The translations under genes and the position numbers were made by a program. Positions 47,967 to 57,776 of a stretch of DNA of 64,000 nucleotides are shown piece after piece (the first letter of the stretch is position 1; the number at the start of each line of letters is the position of its first letter). Source of the stretch: Limibacterium fermenti (GTDB lineage Bacteria > Bacteroidota > Bacteroidia > Bacteroidales > Dysgonomonadaceae); contig NZ_CP159486.1 in NCBI RefSeq assembly GCF_041902845.1, forward strand, positions 2,623,935 through 2,687,934. The letters run 5' to 3'. Under the pieces are notes generated by a model, which searched no databases, had not been told where the DNA came from, and worked only from the letters and a program-made list of their open reading frames with translations.

Positions 47967-49421
47967 TTATTTGACCATCTGGGAATGGAAGAAAAATGCC
48001 GGAAAGGATATCGCACTTTCATTATGATATGAATCCGAGACGGTAATAAAATAATAATAGGCTTTGTCATCATCGGGAACATCGTATTCAAAGACAGGGT
48101 TCTGGAGCCCTACAGCCAGTAAATGCGCTCCATTTTCGGTATCGAACAAGTCGCTATCGGTACGATACACATTATAGGTAACCCGCCGCGACGTACCGGA
48201 CGACTTCCATTTCAACTGAAAACGTCCTCCGGGTAACCTTTCGGCCGTTAAATCGAAGGGCGCAGGCGGAACCGTGTCGGACAACCATTTCATGGGCGGT
48301 AATTTGGCCGGATAATGATAGTATTCGTCGAGCGCCGTGAGAATCTCCTTCGTATTCGACAAAACATTCTCGGTGCGGAAGAAAGCCTGCCCACCCACCG
48401 CTTTACGGCGGGTGTAATCGACCTGATGAAGGATATCCTGCCGGCTCCAACCTAATTCGGTCATCTGATAGGCTCCCAATCCGGGAACGACAATGCGGTC
48501 ATTGGACTGCACCATCCAATCGTCGACGAAAGGATAAAACAATTGATCTTTATAATACATCATCGGATAAAGGGCGTCGTGCTTGCCGGCCTTCATCCAT
48601 CGGGCGGCATCCTGATGCACCGACTCGTAGGCAGTCCAGCCGTGCCCTACACCGTTCAGCCCGCGATAGCGCCCCAGCGGGCTGCTGCTCACTTGCACCC
48701 ACGGCTTGCAACTTTTCACCCAATCGTATACGGTCGTCACAAAACGGGTGATGTTGTCCCGGCGCCATTGCTCGCGGCTTTTTCCTTTACCGTAAAGGCG
48801 GTAAGTGCCCATATCGGGGAACTTGACGGTGTTATCGGGATAGCGGATATAGTCAAAATGAATGCCGTCGACATCGTAGCCGGTGACGATTTCTTTCACC
48901 AGCGAGAGCAAATAATTATCGGTACGGGGATTACCCGGATCGAGAAACCACTCGCCCTTATATTTTTTAACGAGGGCCGGTTCCTTGCGAACGAGCGATT
49001 TTGCGCCCATATTCCGCACATGTTTATTACCGCCAAGGGGGTACGTTACCATCCAGGCATGGCATTCCAATCCCCGCTTGTGGCATTCTTCGACCACGAA
49101 AGCCAGCGGATCGAATGCGGAGCGACCGTATCCGCCGGAGACAATAAGCGAAGACATCGGTTCGATCTTCGAGTCGTAAAACACTTCGCCCCGCGCACGC
49201 ACTTGAAACAATACGGTATTGAAATGATGCCGTTGCAAGTTATCGAGGATGGCAATCAATTCTTTTTTTTGACGGGAGACATCCGTTTTATTATGCGGCC
49301 AATCGAGACCGTAATTCGTTGTAAGCCATACCGCCCTGACTTCGGTCGCGGGCGGTTCGCTGGGAAAAGCGCTGATCGTTTGCAACAGACAAGCAATCAG
49401 CATCACATATATTTTATTCAT
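47967..49421 (-). CDS. Glycoside hydrolase family-10-like (GHL10/YngK-like) lipoprotein
   Basis: The 484-aa ORF has a signal peptide and an N-terminal TIM-barrel-like region (VRAVWLTTNYGLDWP…) typical of the DUF4015/GHL10 family. Confidence 0.55.
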   Translation of the reverse strand: MNKIYVMLIACLLQTISAFPSEPPATEVRAVWLTTNYGLDWPHNKTDVSRQKKELIAILDNLQRHHFNTVLFQVRARGEVFYDSKIEPMSSLIVSGGYGRSAFDPLAFVVEECHKRGLECHAWMVTYPLGGNKHVRNMGAKSLVRKEPALVKKYKGEWFLDPGNPRTDNYLLSLVKEIVTGYDVDGIHFDYIRYPDNTVKFPDMGTYRLYGKGKSREQWRRDNITRFVTTVYDWVKSCKPWVQVSSSPLGRYRGLNGVGHGWTAYESVHQDAARWMKAGKHDALYPMMYYKDQLFYPFVDDWMVQSNDRIVVPGLGAYQMTELGWSRQDILHQVDYTRRKAVGGQAFFRTENVLSNTKEILTALDEYYHYPAKLPPMKWLSDTVPPAPFDLTAERLPGGRFQLKWKSSGTSRRVTYNVYRTDSDLFDTENGAHLLAVGLQNPVFEYDVPDDDKAYYYFITVSDSYHNESAISFPAFFFHSQMVK

Positions 49422-49442
49422 TAACCGGGTTTACTCAAACAA

Positions 49443-49540
49443 AAAACGTCTATTTAGAATTTGTTTAAATTTGTTTCGCGATTCAAAAAGAATACTTTCC
49501 TTACCGCTTTTCGTAAGGAATTTAAACAGTTTCTGACTTC
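49443..49540. repeat. MITE-like family, copy D (minimal: two inverted arms about 40 bp apart)
   Basis: The arms AGAATTTGTTTAAATTTGTTTCGCGATTC and CGTAAGGAATTTAAACAGTTTCT correspond to the two terminal arms of copy B. Confidence 0.55.
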
Positions 49541-49685
49541 GAGGACAAATTTAAAACAAAAATCAATCATCGAAAAACGTTTTTCTTATCATTAACACAT
49601 ATCGTCGCCTCCGAGAAGGACTGAATATAGCCGTTCTTTCAAAGAAATGGGGTGTAAAACGACTTTTAACTCCCGTCATTTAAAG

Positions 49686-49945
49686 GCGAAAGGATTCAAA
49701 AGTACTTTTAGAGGCCGTCATATCGATTTTTTAAGCCAAAAAAGACTTTTCAGGGCTATCGTATCGATTTTTTAAGGGCAAAAGTACTTTTGAAGGCCGT
49801 CGTATCGATTTTTCAGGGGCAAAAAGTACTTTTGAAAGCCGTCGTATCGATTTTCCGGGGGTAAAAAGTGCTTTTGAAAGCCGTCGTATCGATTTTCCGG
49901 GGGTAAAAAGTACTTTTAGAAGCCGTCGTATGAAGATTCCGGAAA
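49686..49945. repeat. Tandem array of about 6 copies of a 42-43-bp unit containing the perfect 12-bp palindrome AAAAGTACTTTT and a conserved CCGTCGTATCGATTTT segment
   Basis: Read directly: unit starts lie near 49686, 49727, 49769, 49811, 49853 and 49895. The array sits about 160 nt upstream of the gene at 50104. Confidence 0.8.
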
Positions 49946-50103
49946 AAAAAGCACTTTCAAAAGGTGTCGACTCAATTCGACGGAAATAAACAGCCCCTCC
50001 GTTTTGACCATTTGGATAGGTCTGGCCGGCAAACGAAAAATATTATGTACTTTTGCAAAACGAAAAGCCTGATCCGTTTTCAGGTTTGTAACAAAATTAA
50101 AAT

Positions 50104-50673
50104 ATGTCTGAAACAACCGATCATATCGTGTATAGTAAGAACGTGATCGATTTCGTGACAGTGGCAGTGGAGTTTTGCGCCTATCTCGAAAATGACGATT
50201 CCGCAGAACGGCACGTATGGATTGACAAAACGACCAAATTGCTTTCACTACTGTACGTAAAAGCGTTGCTGCTTCCCGAAACCATCTCTTTAGAAGAAGA
50301 AATGCTCGAGACTTTTGTCAAAGAAGAAGATTATGCCCGCATCGCCTCCAAAGTCACAGCCATCATGGGCGAAGACGATGTTTTTTTAGAGGTGTTCGTG
50401 GAAGATATGAAATACAGCGACACGCCGGTCTCGGCCTTCGTGTCGGAAAATATCGCCGACATCTATCAAGACGTCCGCAATTTCATATCCGTTTACCAAT
50501 ATGGGTTGACCGACCGAATGAACGATGCCCTTTATGCGTGCGTTAAAAATTTCCGCACCTATTGGGGACAAAAATTAGTGAATGTTTTACGTCCGTTGCA
50601 CACCCTGCTGTTCAGCGACGCGACGCATTCGGAAGAGAATGCAGATTTAAACGAGGAGGATTTGTGGGACTGA
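50104..50673 (+). CDS. Conserved hypothetical protein (DUF5063-like), upstream of the exonuclease gene
   Basis: The 189-aa acidic ORF has a stop that overlaps the start of the next gene. Confidence 0.5.
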   Translation: MSETTDHIVYSKNVIDFVTVAVEFCAYLENDDSAERHVWIDKTTKLLSLLYVKALLLPETISLEEEMLETFVKEEDYARIASKVTAIMGEDDVFLEVFVEDMKYSDTPVSAFVSENIADIYQDVRNFISVYQYGLTDRMNDALYACVKNFRTYWGQKLVNVLRPLHTLLFSDATHSEENADLNEEDLWD

Positions 50674-51239
50674 CAATTACAAAAGAAACCATAGCGCAAC
50701 TACCGATAGAAACGTTTCCGGGCAAGATTTTCGTTGTCGACGAACCGGAACAGGTAGTACGCGCAGTCGACTATTTATCGCATCAACCGGCTATCGGCTT
50801 CGACACCGAAACAAAACCGTCGTTCAAACGCGGTGAAGTGCATAAAGTAGCCTTAATGCAACTTTCGTCCGACGACGTTTGCTATCTGTTCCGCCTCAAC
50901 CGGATCGGATATCCCGATGCACTACAAAATTTGATGTGCAATCCGCAAGTAAAGAAAATCGGATTGTCGCTTCGCGATGATTTTGCGGCCATCGGAAAGC
51001 GTTCGGGGCGAAAGGTGGAAAATTTCATCGACCTGCAACAGTTTGTCGACCAATTCGACATCGAAGACAACAGTCTTCAAAAGATATACGCGATTATTTT
51101 CAACAAAAAAATAACCAAAAACCAACGTGTCTCCAACTGGGAAGCTGAAAAACTCAGTCCGGCGCAACAATCGTATGCCGCCATCGATGCGTGGGCTTGT
51201 CTCAAAATTTACAACCATTTACTATCAACGGACAAATGA
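50660..51239 (+). CDS. 3'-5' exonuclease domain protein (RNase D/DnaQ-like DEDDy). It probably starts at a GTG.
   Basis: The exonuclease motifs IGFDTETKP and YAAIDAW are present. There is no in-frame ATG before the conserved region, and a GTG near 50661 overlaps the upstream stop. Confidence 0.65.
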
Positions 51240-52429
51240 ACCATTACAAAGAAGTTATTTTACGCCGTAAGAAGGACGAATCGTTGCGCCGGTTTCATCC
51301 CTGGGTGTTTTCGGGCGCCATCGATCACCTTCCCGCCGATATCGAAGAAGGCGAAGTCGTGAAAGTTTTGGCTGACGATCGTTCTTTTTTGGGGACAGGT
51401 CATTATCAAAACGGGAGTATCGCCGTGCGCATCCTTTCGTTTGACGACGAGAGCATCAACCGGGACTTTTACGTAGCGCGCATCGCGGCAGCGTTCGCCT
51501 TACGTAAAAAACTGGGCTTGTTGCGCACCGACAATAACACCTTCCGGCTTATCCACGGCGAAGGCGATTATTTACCGGGACTCATCATCGATATATATGG
51601 TCATACGGCCGTCATGCAAGCCCATTCCATCGGTATGCACCGTGACAGGCATCTCATTGTGGAAGCGTTGGCGAAAGTGCTTCCGTCCGATATTTTGCAT
51701 GCGGTTTTTTATAAATCGGAAGGAACTCTTCCCGCCAACATCGTGTCGGACACCGACGGATATCTGATGGGGAGCGCGGAAAACAGCGACCCGGTTGCGG
51801 TGGAAAACGGACTCAAATTCCATATCGATTGGCTGAAAGGACAAAAAACCGGCTTCTTCATCGATCAACGGGAAAACCGTGTCTTGCTCGAACGCTATTC
51901 CGCCGGACGGACGGTATTGAACATGTTCTGTTATACCGGCGGCTTTTCGGTATACGCCTTGCGCGGCGGAGCGCAGAAAGTAGATTCGGTCGACAGTTCG
52001 GCAAAAGCCGTCATGATTACCGACCAGAACATCGAACTGAATTTTAGCAACGATCCGCGCCATGCGTCTTATGCACAGGACGCGTTTAAATATCTCAAAC
52101 AAATCGAACCCGGAAGTTACGATCTGATCATCCTCGATCCGCCGGCATTCGCCAAGCACCGCAGCGCCATCAATAACGCCCTGCAAGGATATAAAAAGCT
52201 CAATTTATCGGCCCTCCATGCCATTGCTCCGGGAGGAATACTTTTTACATTCTCTTGTTCACAGGCCATCACGAAAGAGCAATTCCGCCTCGCAGTCTTC
52301 AGCGCCGCCGCTATTTCGGGGCGGAAAGTACGCATACTGCATCAGCTTACACAGCCGGCCGATCATCCTATCAACATCTATCATCCCGAAGGGGAATATT
52401 TGAAAGGATTGGTCTTGCAGGTCGAATAA
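51236..52429 (+). CDS. rlmI: SAM-dependent 23S rRNA (cytosine-C5) methyltransferase RlmI-like, with a PUA domain
   Basis: The N-terminal PUA region and a Rossmann methyltransferase core (ILDPPAF) are present. The ATG at 51236 overlaps the upstream stop. Confidence 0.7.
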   Translation: MNHYKEVILRRKKDESLRRFHPWVFSGAIDHLPADIEEGEVVKVLADDRSFLGTGHYQNGSIAVRILSFDDESINRDFYVARIAAAFALRKKLGLLRTDNNTFRLIHGEGDYLPGLIIDIYGHTAVMQAHSIGMHRDRHLIVEALAKVLPSDILHAVFYKSEGTLPANIVSDTDGYLMGSAENSDPVAVENGLKFHIDWLKGQKTGFFIDQRENRVLLERYSAGRTVLNMFCYTGGFSVYALRGGAQKVDSVDSSAKAVMITDQNIELNFSNDPRHASYAQDAFKYLKQIEPGSYDLIILDPPAFAKHRSAINNALQGYKKLNLSALHAIAPGGILFTFSCSQAITKEQFRLAVFSAAAISGRKVRILHQLTQPADHPINIYHPEGEYLKGLVLQVE

Positions 52430-52538
52430 AAGTGTGAAAAAGATTCACAAATAGAAGAAAAAAGACCGAATCGAGTTAATAAAAACTAAATATAGAAGAT
52501 TTCTTCTCGAAATGTATACGCCGTATTGAAAAAACGCC

Positions 52539-52630
52539 TATATTTGCAACGTGTTTTTCATGGTATTAGATTTAAGGTTAACAATGAAGATTGGTTGTCG
52601 TGAGACAACCTTTCCTTTTTTATATACCTC
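52539..52630 (+). ncRNA. Candidate small RNA or 5'-leader. A TATATTTG -7 box (52539-52546) is followed about 55 nt later by an intrinsic terminator (GGTTGTC-GTGA-GACAACC plus a T-rich tract, 52600-52630).
   Basis: Both elements were read directly. They lie in the 293-nt gap between rlmI and the GSCFA gene. Confidence 0.3.
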
Positions 52631-52722
52631 CCGTTTCTCTCCGTTTTATTTCACAAAATATATACGATAATATATCCACCCTGACCGCCTTTATTGCTAC
52701 ATTTGTGTAAAAATAATGAGTA

Positions 52723-53721
52723 ATGGATTTCAGGACACCCATAACGATTTCACCGCCCGGATTCTCCATCGGGCACACCACGAAAGGAATGCTTTTCGGA
52801 TCGTGTTTCTCCGAAAACATCGGGGCTAAGTTGATAGAAAGCAAGTTTCCTATCGACATGAATCCGTTCGGCATTTCTTACAACCCGTCATCCATATCCT
52901 CATCCATCCGGCGGCTGCTACAACGAAAAGGATTTACCGACGCCGACCTGCTTGCTCATCGCGGACTTTATTGCAGCCTGATGCATCACGGTTCGTTTTC
53001 GAGCACAAACAAACAGGCTTGTCTCGACACCATTCAGCAGCGCTTTAATGAAGCGGCCGATTTTATCCGTCAGGCACAAATACTCTTGATCACCTTCGGC
53101 ACGGCCTATGCTTATTACTGGAAAGAAACCGGCGAAGTGGTGAATAATTGCCACAAGTTTCCGGCCGATACATTCGATAGGAAACGCTTATCGATACAAA
53201 AAATTACGGATGACTGGTCGGATTTGATCGCCCTGCTGAAAGAAATAAACCCGGAAATAAAGATTATTTTCACCGTAAGCCCCATACGACACTGGAAAGA
53301 CGGGGCTCATGAAAACACGGTGAGCAAATCGATTCTTCAGGTATCGGTCGAGGCCCTGATGGAGCGTTTTGGCGGCAATGTGTTCTATTTCCCCGCCTAC
53401 GAAATCATGATGGATGAACTCCGCGATTACCGCTTTTATGCCGGTGATATGCTTCATCCGTCGAACCTCGCCATCGACTATATCTGGGAGCGGTTTTCAG
53501 ATACTTATTTTTCAGCATCGACCAAGGAGATTATACAGGAATGGGAAACCATCCGGAAAGCGCTGAATCATCGTCCGCTGCACCCTGAAAACAACTCCTA
53601 CCGGGACTTTCTTCTACTCACACGCGATAAATTGCGTCTCTTTTCAAACAAGTATCCTTTTATTACTTGTACAAAAGAGATCGATGATATAGATTTACTA
53701 CTAACCCATCAACAAGTTTGA
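52723..53721 (+). CDS. GSCFA-family protein
   Basis: GMLFGSCFSENIG is the GSCFA signature. The protein is 332 aa. Confidence 0.7.
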   Translation: MDFRTPITISPPGFSIGHTTKGMLFGSCFSENIGAKLIESKFPIDMNPFGISYNPSSISSSIRRLLQRKGFTDADLLAHRGLYCSLMHHGSFSSTNKQACLDTIQQRFNEAADFIRQAQILLITFGTAYAYYWKETGEVVNNCHKFPADTFDRKRLSIQKITDDWSDLIALLKEINPEIKIIFTVSPIRHWKDGAHENTVSKSILQVSVEALMERFGGNVFYFPAYEIMMDELRDYRFYAGDMLHPSNLAIDYIWERFSDTYFSASTKEIIQEWETIRKALNHRPLHPENNSYRDFLLLTRDKLRLFSNKYPFITCTKEIDDIDLLLTHQQV

Positions 53722-56195
53722 TAATTATGACGTATTCAATTACTGAAATTGCATCGATATTGGGAGTTTCAGACAAAAATATAATTCCTTCTGAAATCTC
53801 TATTCTACTAGTCGACAGCCGCAAACTGTCCGATCCCGAGAAATCGCTATTCTTTGCATTGGAGTCGAAAAATAATGATGCTCATCAATTTATTACCGAT
53901 TTATATCAATCGGGCGTTCGGAACTTTGTCGTTTCTAAAAAATGGAAAGAGTGGGCGCCGTTTTCGGATGCCAATTTTTTTCAAGTGAAGAATCCGCTCT
54001 CAGCATTGCAAAAGATCGCGGCTCATCACCGGCGAAAATTCGACATCCCGGTTATCGGTATTACGGGAAGCAATGGCAAAACGGTTGTGAAAGAATGGTT
54101 ATATCAGCTATTGCAGGACGACTATAATATAGTACGTTCGCCGCGCAGCTACAATTCACAAATTGGAGTTCCGCTATCGGTCTGGCAATTGAATGAACAA
54201 ACGCAAATCGGTATCTTCGAAGCCGGAATTTCGCAACCCGACGAAATGGAGCATCTCGAACCGGTGATCAGGCCGACCATGGGCATTCTGACAAATATCG
54301 GCAAAGCGCATCAGGAAAACTTCGAAAGCATCCAACAAAAATGTATGGAGAAACTCGAACTGTTTACAAATTGCGAGATGTTTGTCTATGAAGAAGACGA
54401 TAAAATGATTGACGAATGTGTCAATTTATCGGTATTGTCGCAAAAATCCTTCGCTTGGTCGTCTGACAACACAGATGCGCCGCTGTATATTTTTAAAATC
54501 GAAAAGAATCAATTTCAGAGTATTATCCATTATTCTTTTTTGCATTTCAATCATGCATTCGCGATTCCCTTTACCGATCAGGCTTCCATCGAAAACGCCA
54601 TTGACTGCTTAGCGGTAATGCTTTATCTGCACGTTTCACCCGAAACGATATCGGAGAGAATGAAGAAACTCGAACCCGTAGCCATGCGACTGGATGTCCG
54701 CCGGGGAAAAAAGGATTGTCTCATCATTAATGATACGTATAATTCGGATATTAATTCCATCGAAATTGCATTGGATTTTCAGCAACAACGAAAGATGGAT
54801 CGCCCGCTGAAAAAAACGCTGATTTTATCGGATATCTTACAATCGGGAATCTCATCCGAAGCGCTTTACCAAGAAGTGGCGGGAATGGTGCAAAAACGCG
54901 GCATTGAAAAAATTATCGGTATCGGCAAAAACATTTCCGAAAATGCCGGCGCCTTTAGAGTGCAAGAGAAACTGTTTTTTCCTTCAACGGAGGCATTCAT
55001 TCAATCACAAAAATGGAAAAATTTCCACAACGAATTAATTCTGTTGAAGGGCGCCCGCGCCTATCACTTTGAGCAAATCAATGCGCTGATTGAAGAACGG
55101 CCGCATGAAACCGTCATGGAAGTCGATTTGGATGCGGTGGTCCATAATTTCAACTTCTATAAATCGAAACTCTCGCCCGAGGTGAAACTCGTTTGTATGG
55201 TAAAGGCTAACGCCTACGGCACGGGGGCCGTTGAAGTGGCGAAGACATTACAATATCACCGGTGCGATTATTTAGCTGTTGCGGTTGCCGAAGAAGGGAT
55301 TGCCTTGCGGAATGCAGGGATTTCCATCCCGACGATCGTATTGAATTCGGAAGTAAACGGCTTCGAAGAACTATTCTCCAACAATCTGGAACCCGAAGTG
55401 TATAATTTCCGCATTCTGGAATCTTTTATTAAAGAAGCCGATCGAAGGGGAGTGACCGACTACCCCGTACATATAAAAATCGACACCGGAATGCACCGGT
55501 TGGGATTCCTTCCCGAGCAGCTTCCTCAATTGGTGAACATCTTGCAAGAACAAAAAGCGTTGAAAGTACGGTCGGTTTTTTCACACCTTTCGGCCAGCGA
55601 GAGTTGGATTTTCGACGATTTCACCGGTCATCAAATCGAAACACTAAAAAAGACGGCCGAAAGCATTCAGGACGCGCTTGGCTATCGAATCTACAAGCAC
55701 ATATTAAACTCTGCGGGAATAGAACGTTTTCCGGAAGCACAATGGGATATGGTGCGTTTAGGTATCGGACTGTATGGAGTAAGCGCCAGCGGATTACCCG
55801 GATTAAAAAATGTATGTACGCTAAAAACGACAATTTTACAGATTAAAGATATCCCCCGCCATGAAACAGTCGGATACGGACGTAAAGAAGAACTGAACCG
55901 GAACGCACGGATAGCGACCATACGCATAGGATACGCCGACGGACTGAACCGCCAATTCGGCAATCGGAAAGGTCAGGTATTAATAAACGGCCAACTGGCA
56001 TCCATCGTCGGCAACGTATGCATGGATCTTTGCATGGTCGATGTAACCGATATCAGCGCTCATGAAGGAGATGCGGTGATTATTTTCGGAGAAGACCTCT
56101 CTGTAATTGAGCTTGCGGATAATATCGGCACGATTCCTTATGAAATTCTTACGGCAATATCTCCCCGCGTAAAACGCATCTATATCAAAGAATAA
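53718..56195 (+). CDS. murF: Bifunctional UDP-N-acetylmuramoyl-tripeptide--D-alanyl-D-alanine ligase (MurF) fused to alanine racemase (Alr)
   Basis: The N-terminal half carries the Mur ligase motif GITGSNGKTVVKE. The C-terminal half carries the alanine racemase PLP motif VKANAYGTG and a C-terminal domain. Confidence 0.85.
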   Translation: MIIMTYSITEIASILGVSDKNIIPSEISILLVDSRKLSDPEKSLFFALESKNNDAHQFITDLYQSGVRNFVVSKKWKEWAPFSDANFFQVKNPLSALQKIAAHHRRKFDIPVIGITGSNGKTVVKEWLYQLLQDDYNIVRSPRSYNSQIGVPLSVWQLNEQTQIGIFEAGISQPDEMEHLEPVIRPTMGILTNIGKAHQENFESIQQKCMEKLELFTNCEMFVYEEDDKMIDECVNLSVLSQKSFAWSSDNTDAPLYIFKIEKNQFQSIIHYSFLHFNHAFAIPFTDQASIENAIDCLAVMLYLHVSPETISERMKKLEPVAMRLDVRRGKKDCLIINDTYNSDINSIEIALDFQQQRKMDRPLKKTLILSDILQSGISSEALYQEVAGMVQKRGIEKIIGIGKNISENAGAFRVQEKLFFPSTEAFIQSQKWKNFHNELILLKGARAYHFEQINALIEERPHETVMEVDLDAVVHNFNFYKSKLSPEVKLVCMVKANAYGTGAVEVAKTLQYHRCDYLAVAVAEEGIALRNAGISIPTIVLNSEVNGFEELFSNNLEPEVYNFRILESFIKEADRRGVTDYPVHIKIDTGMHRLGFLPEQLPQLVNILQEQKALKVRSVFSHLSASESWIFDDFTGHQIETLKKTAESIQDALGYRIYKHILNSAGIERFPEAQWDMVRLGIGLYGVSASGLPGLKNVCTLKTTILQIKDIPRHETVGYGRKEELNRNARIATIRIGYADGLNRQFGNRKGQVLINGQLASIVGNVCMDLCMVDVTDISAHEGDAVIIFGEDLSVIELADNIGTIPYEILTAISPRVKRIYIKE

Positions 56196-56257
56196 TTATA
56201 ACCGGAGACGTCGTTCCAAGCGACATCTTCGGTAAATTCTTTTCACAAAAAAAAGCA

Positions 56258-56296
56258 CCTCTTTAAAAGAGATGCTTTTTTTATTATGGTAATCTT
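56258..56296. terminator. Bidirectional intrinsic terminator between murF-alr and ompA
   Basis: An A-tract precedes the stem AGCACCTCTTT/AAAGAGATGCT and a T-tract follows it. Confidence 0.6.
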
Positions 56297-56307
56297 ATTT
56301 TCTATGC

Positions 56308-57453
56308 TTATTCAGCGAAGAAGATAGCTACACGGTTCCAGTCATTTTCTGCATACGGCTGTACGGTATCACCCTTCCAGTCTACAGAAATACGGCTACT
56401 GTCAATTCCATATTCATTGATCAACGCGTCAGCAACAGCTTTAGCACGTTTTTCAGAAAGAGACCAGTTGTATTCCGGAGTACCTGTTTGTTTGTCAGCA
56501 TAAGCAACGATGTTAACTTTTGCATCCGTATTCGCTTTCAAGTATTCAGCAGTATTGTATACGCTAACTTGTTGGCCCTTGTCAATTTTGAATGAATTGA
56601 TACGGAAGAATACAACATTAGGAACATAAACTGATTCTTCAGCAACGGGCTGAGGAGCAACTTCAGGACATTCGGGGCAAGATTCCGGTCTTTGTCTCAG
56701 TTGTTCGTTTTCAGAACGCAATCTGTTGATTTGGCTGTTCAGGTCGTTGATTAAGTTGTAATCCAACAGTTCAGCAGAAGTGAACTCTTGTTTTCCACCT
56801 AAACCGAATTGGATACCTCCTAATACGGAAAGCATTCCGTCATATTCGTAATCACCTGCGGGAGTAGCCGAATTATCAAATGATTCTTGGAACAATCTGT
56901 ATCCTACTTCAAGGAAAAGGCTTACATTACGTCCCAATCTGAAGTTATTGATGATACCAATATTGTACGTCAATGATTGATTCTGTCCTTTGAACAAATC
57001 GTTGTCCGCATTGGGTTTTTTAAACCATTCGTTCATACCATACGCATAACCTACACCCAAATAAGGAATAAAGCTATACACTCTTTCAGGATTGTAAGGC
57101 AATACCGCATTTGTGAAGTTGTACAGCAGGTCTAAATGAGCTCCGGCCCATTTCACTTTTGCGTCCGTTTCATAATTGGTAACAGGCTCACCGGCATCGA
57201 TAACCAAACGACCACCCCAAACCGGAGAATTCCAACGGCCCAAGCTTATTTGTCCTTGCCAACCGAGACGGTCGCCGAGGTTGTCAAATTTCTTCATATT
57301 GTAGGTGTTTACACCTCCGCCTAAACCTAAAAACCAATTGTCACTCGCTTTGTTCTTCAGGTACACTGTACCATGAGAAACATTTTGTACTTCTTGCGCA
57401 CTTATGCTAAATGCAACAAGAGCAGAAATTAAAAGTAAACTAAACTTTTTCAT
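56308..57453 (-). CDS. ompA: OmpA-family outer-membrane protein
   Basis: A signal peptide and a beta-barrel half are present. The C-terminal OmpA peptidoglycan-binding domain carries NIVAYADKQTG…LSEKRAKAV. Confidence 0.8.
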   Translation of the reverse strand: MKKFSLLLISALVAFSISAQEVQNVSHGTVYLKNKASDNWFLGLGGGVNTYNMKKFDNLGDRLGWQGQISLGRWNSPVWGGRLVIDAGEPVTNYETDAKVKWAGAHLDLLYNFTNAVLPYNPERVYSFIPYLGVGYAYGMNEWFKKPNADNDLFKGQNQSLTYNIGIINNFRLGRNVSLFLEVGYRLFQESFDNSATPAGDYEYDGMLSVLGGIQFGLGGKQEFTSAELLDYNLINDLNSQINRLRSENEQLRQRPESCPECPEVAPQPVAEESVYVPNVVFFRINSFKIDKGQQVSVYNTAEYLKANTDAKVNIVAYADKQTGTPEYNWSLSEKRAKAVADALINEYGIDSSRISVDWKGDTVQPYAENDWNRVAIFFAE

Positions 57454-57776
57454 AAATTTAAATTCTAATTAAACATTTTATTACAATTACTCGATAATAT
57501 TTATTTGTTCTGTTACGTTTGTCTATTTTTTCGTATTTGTCTTTCTTATAACGTTTATGCTATAAAAAAGTTCGTCAAGAATTCAATAATTCAGAACCAT
57601 TCTCTTTATCTGTCAACCTATTCCAACATAAATAGGTAATATTTAGGCTACAAATATAAAACTTAATTTCTATATATTCTTGTTTTCAGGTGAAAAAACT
57701 GAAAAATACACAGGTTTTAGGCGTTTTTTCACAATCCGTACCGCTGTAAACCCTTATTTTTAATAGGCTACAACCC

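Noticed and set aside
48543-49424. 293-aa plus-strand ORF
   Set aside because: It is antisense to the GHL10-like lipoprotein gene.
49686-49945. Possible CRISPR array (about 43-bp period)
   Set aside because: The whole 43-bp unit is repeated with no spacer-sized unique segments between conserved repeats, so it is a tandem array.
49916-50248. 110-aa minus-strand ORF
   Set aside because: It overlaps the 43-bp tandem array and the start of the DUF5063 gene, so it is probably not real.
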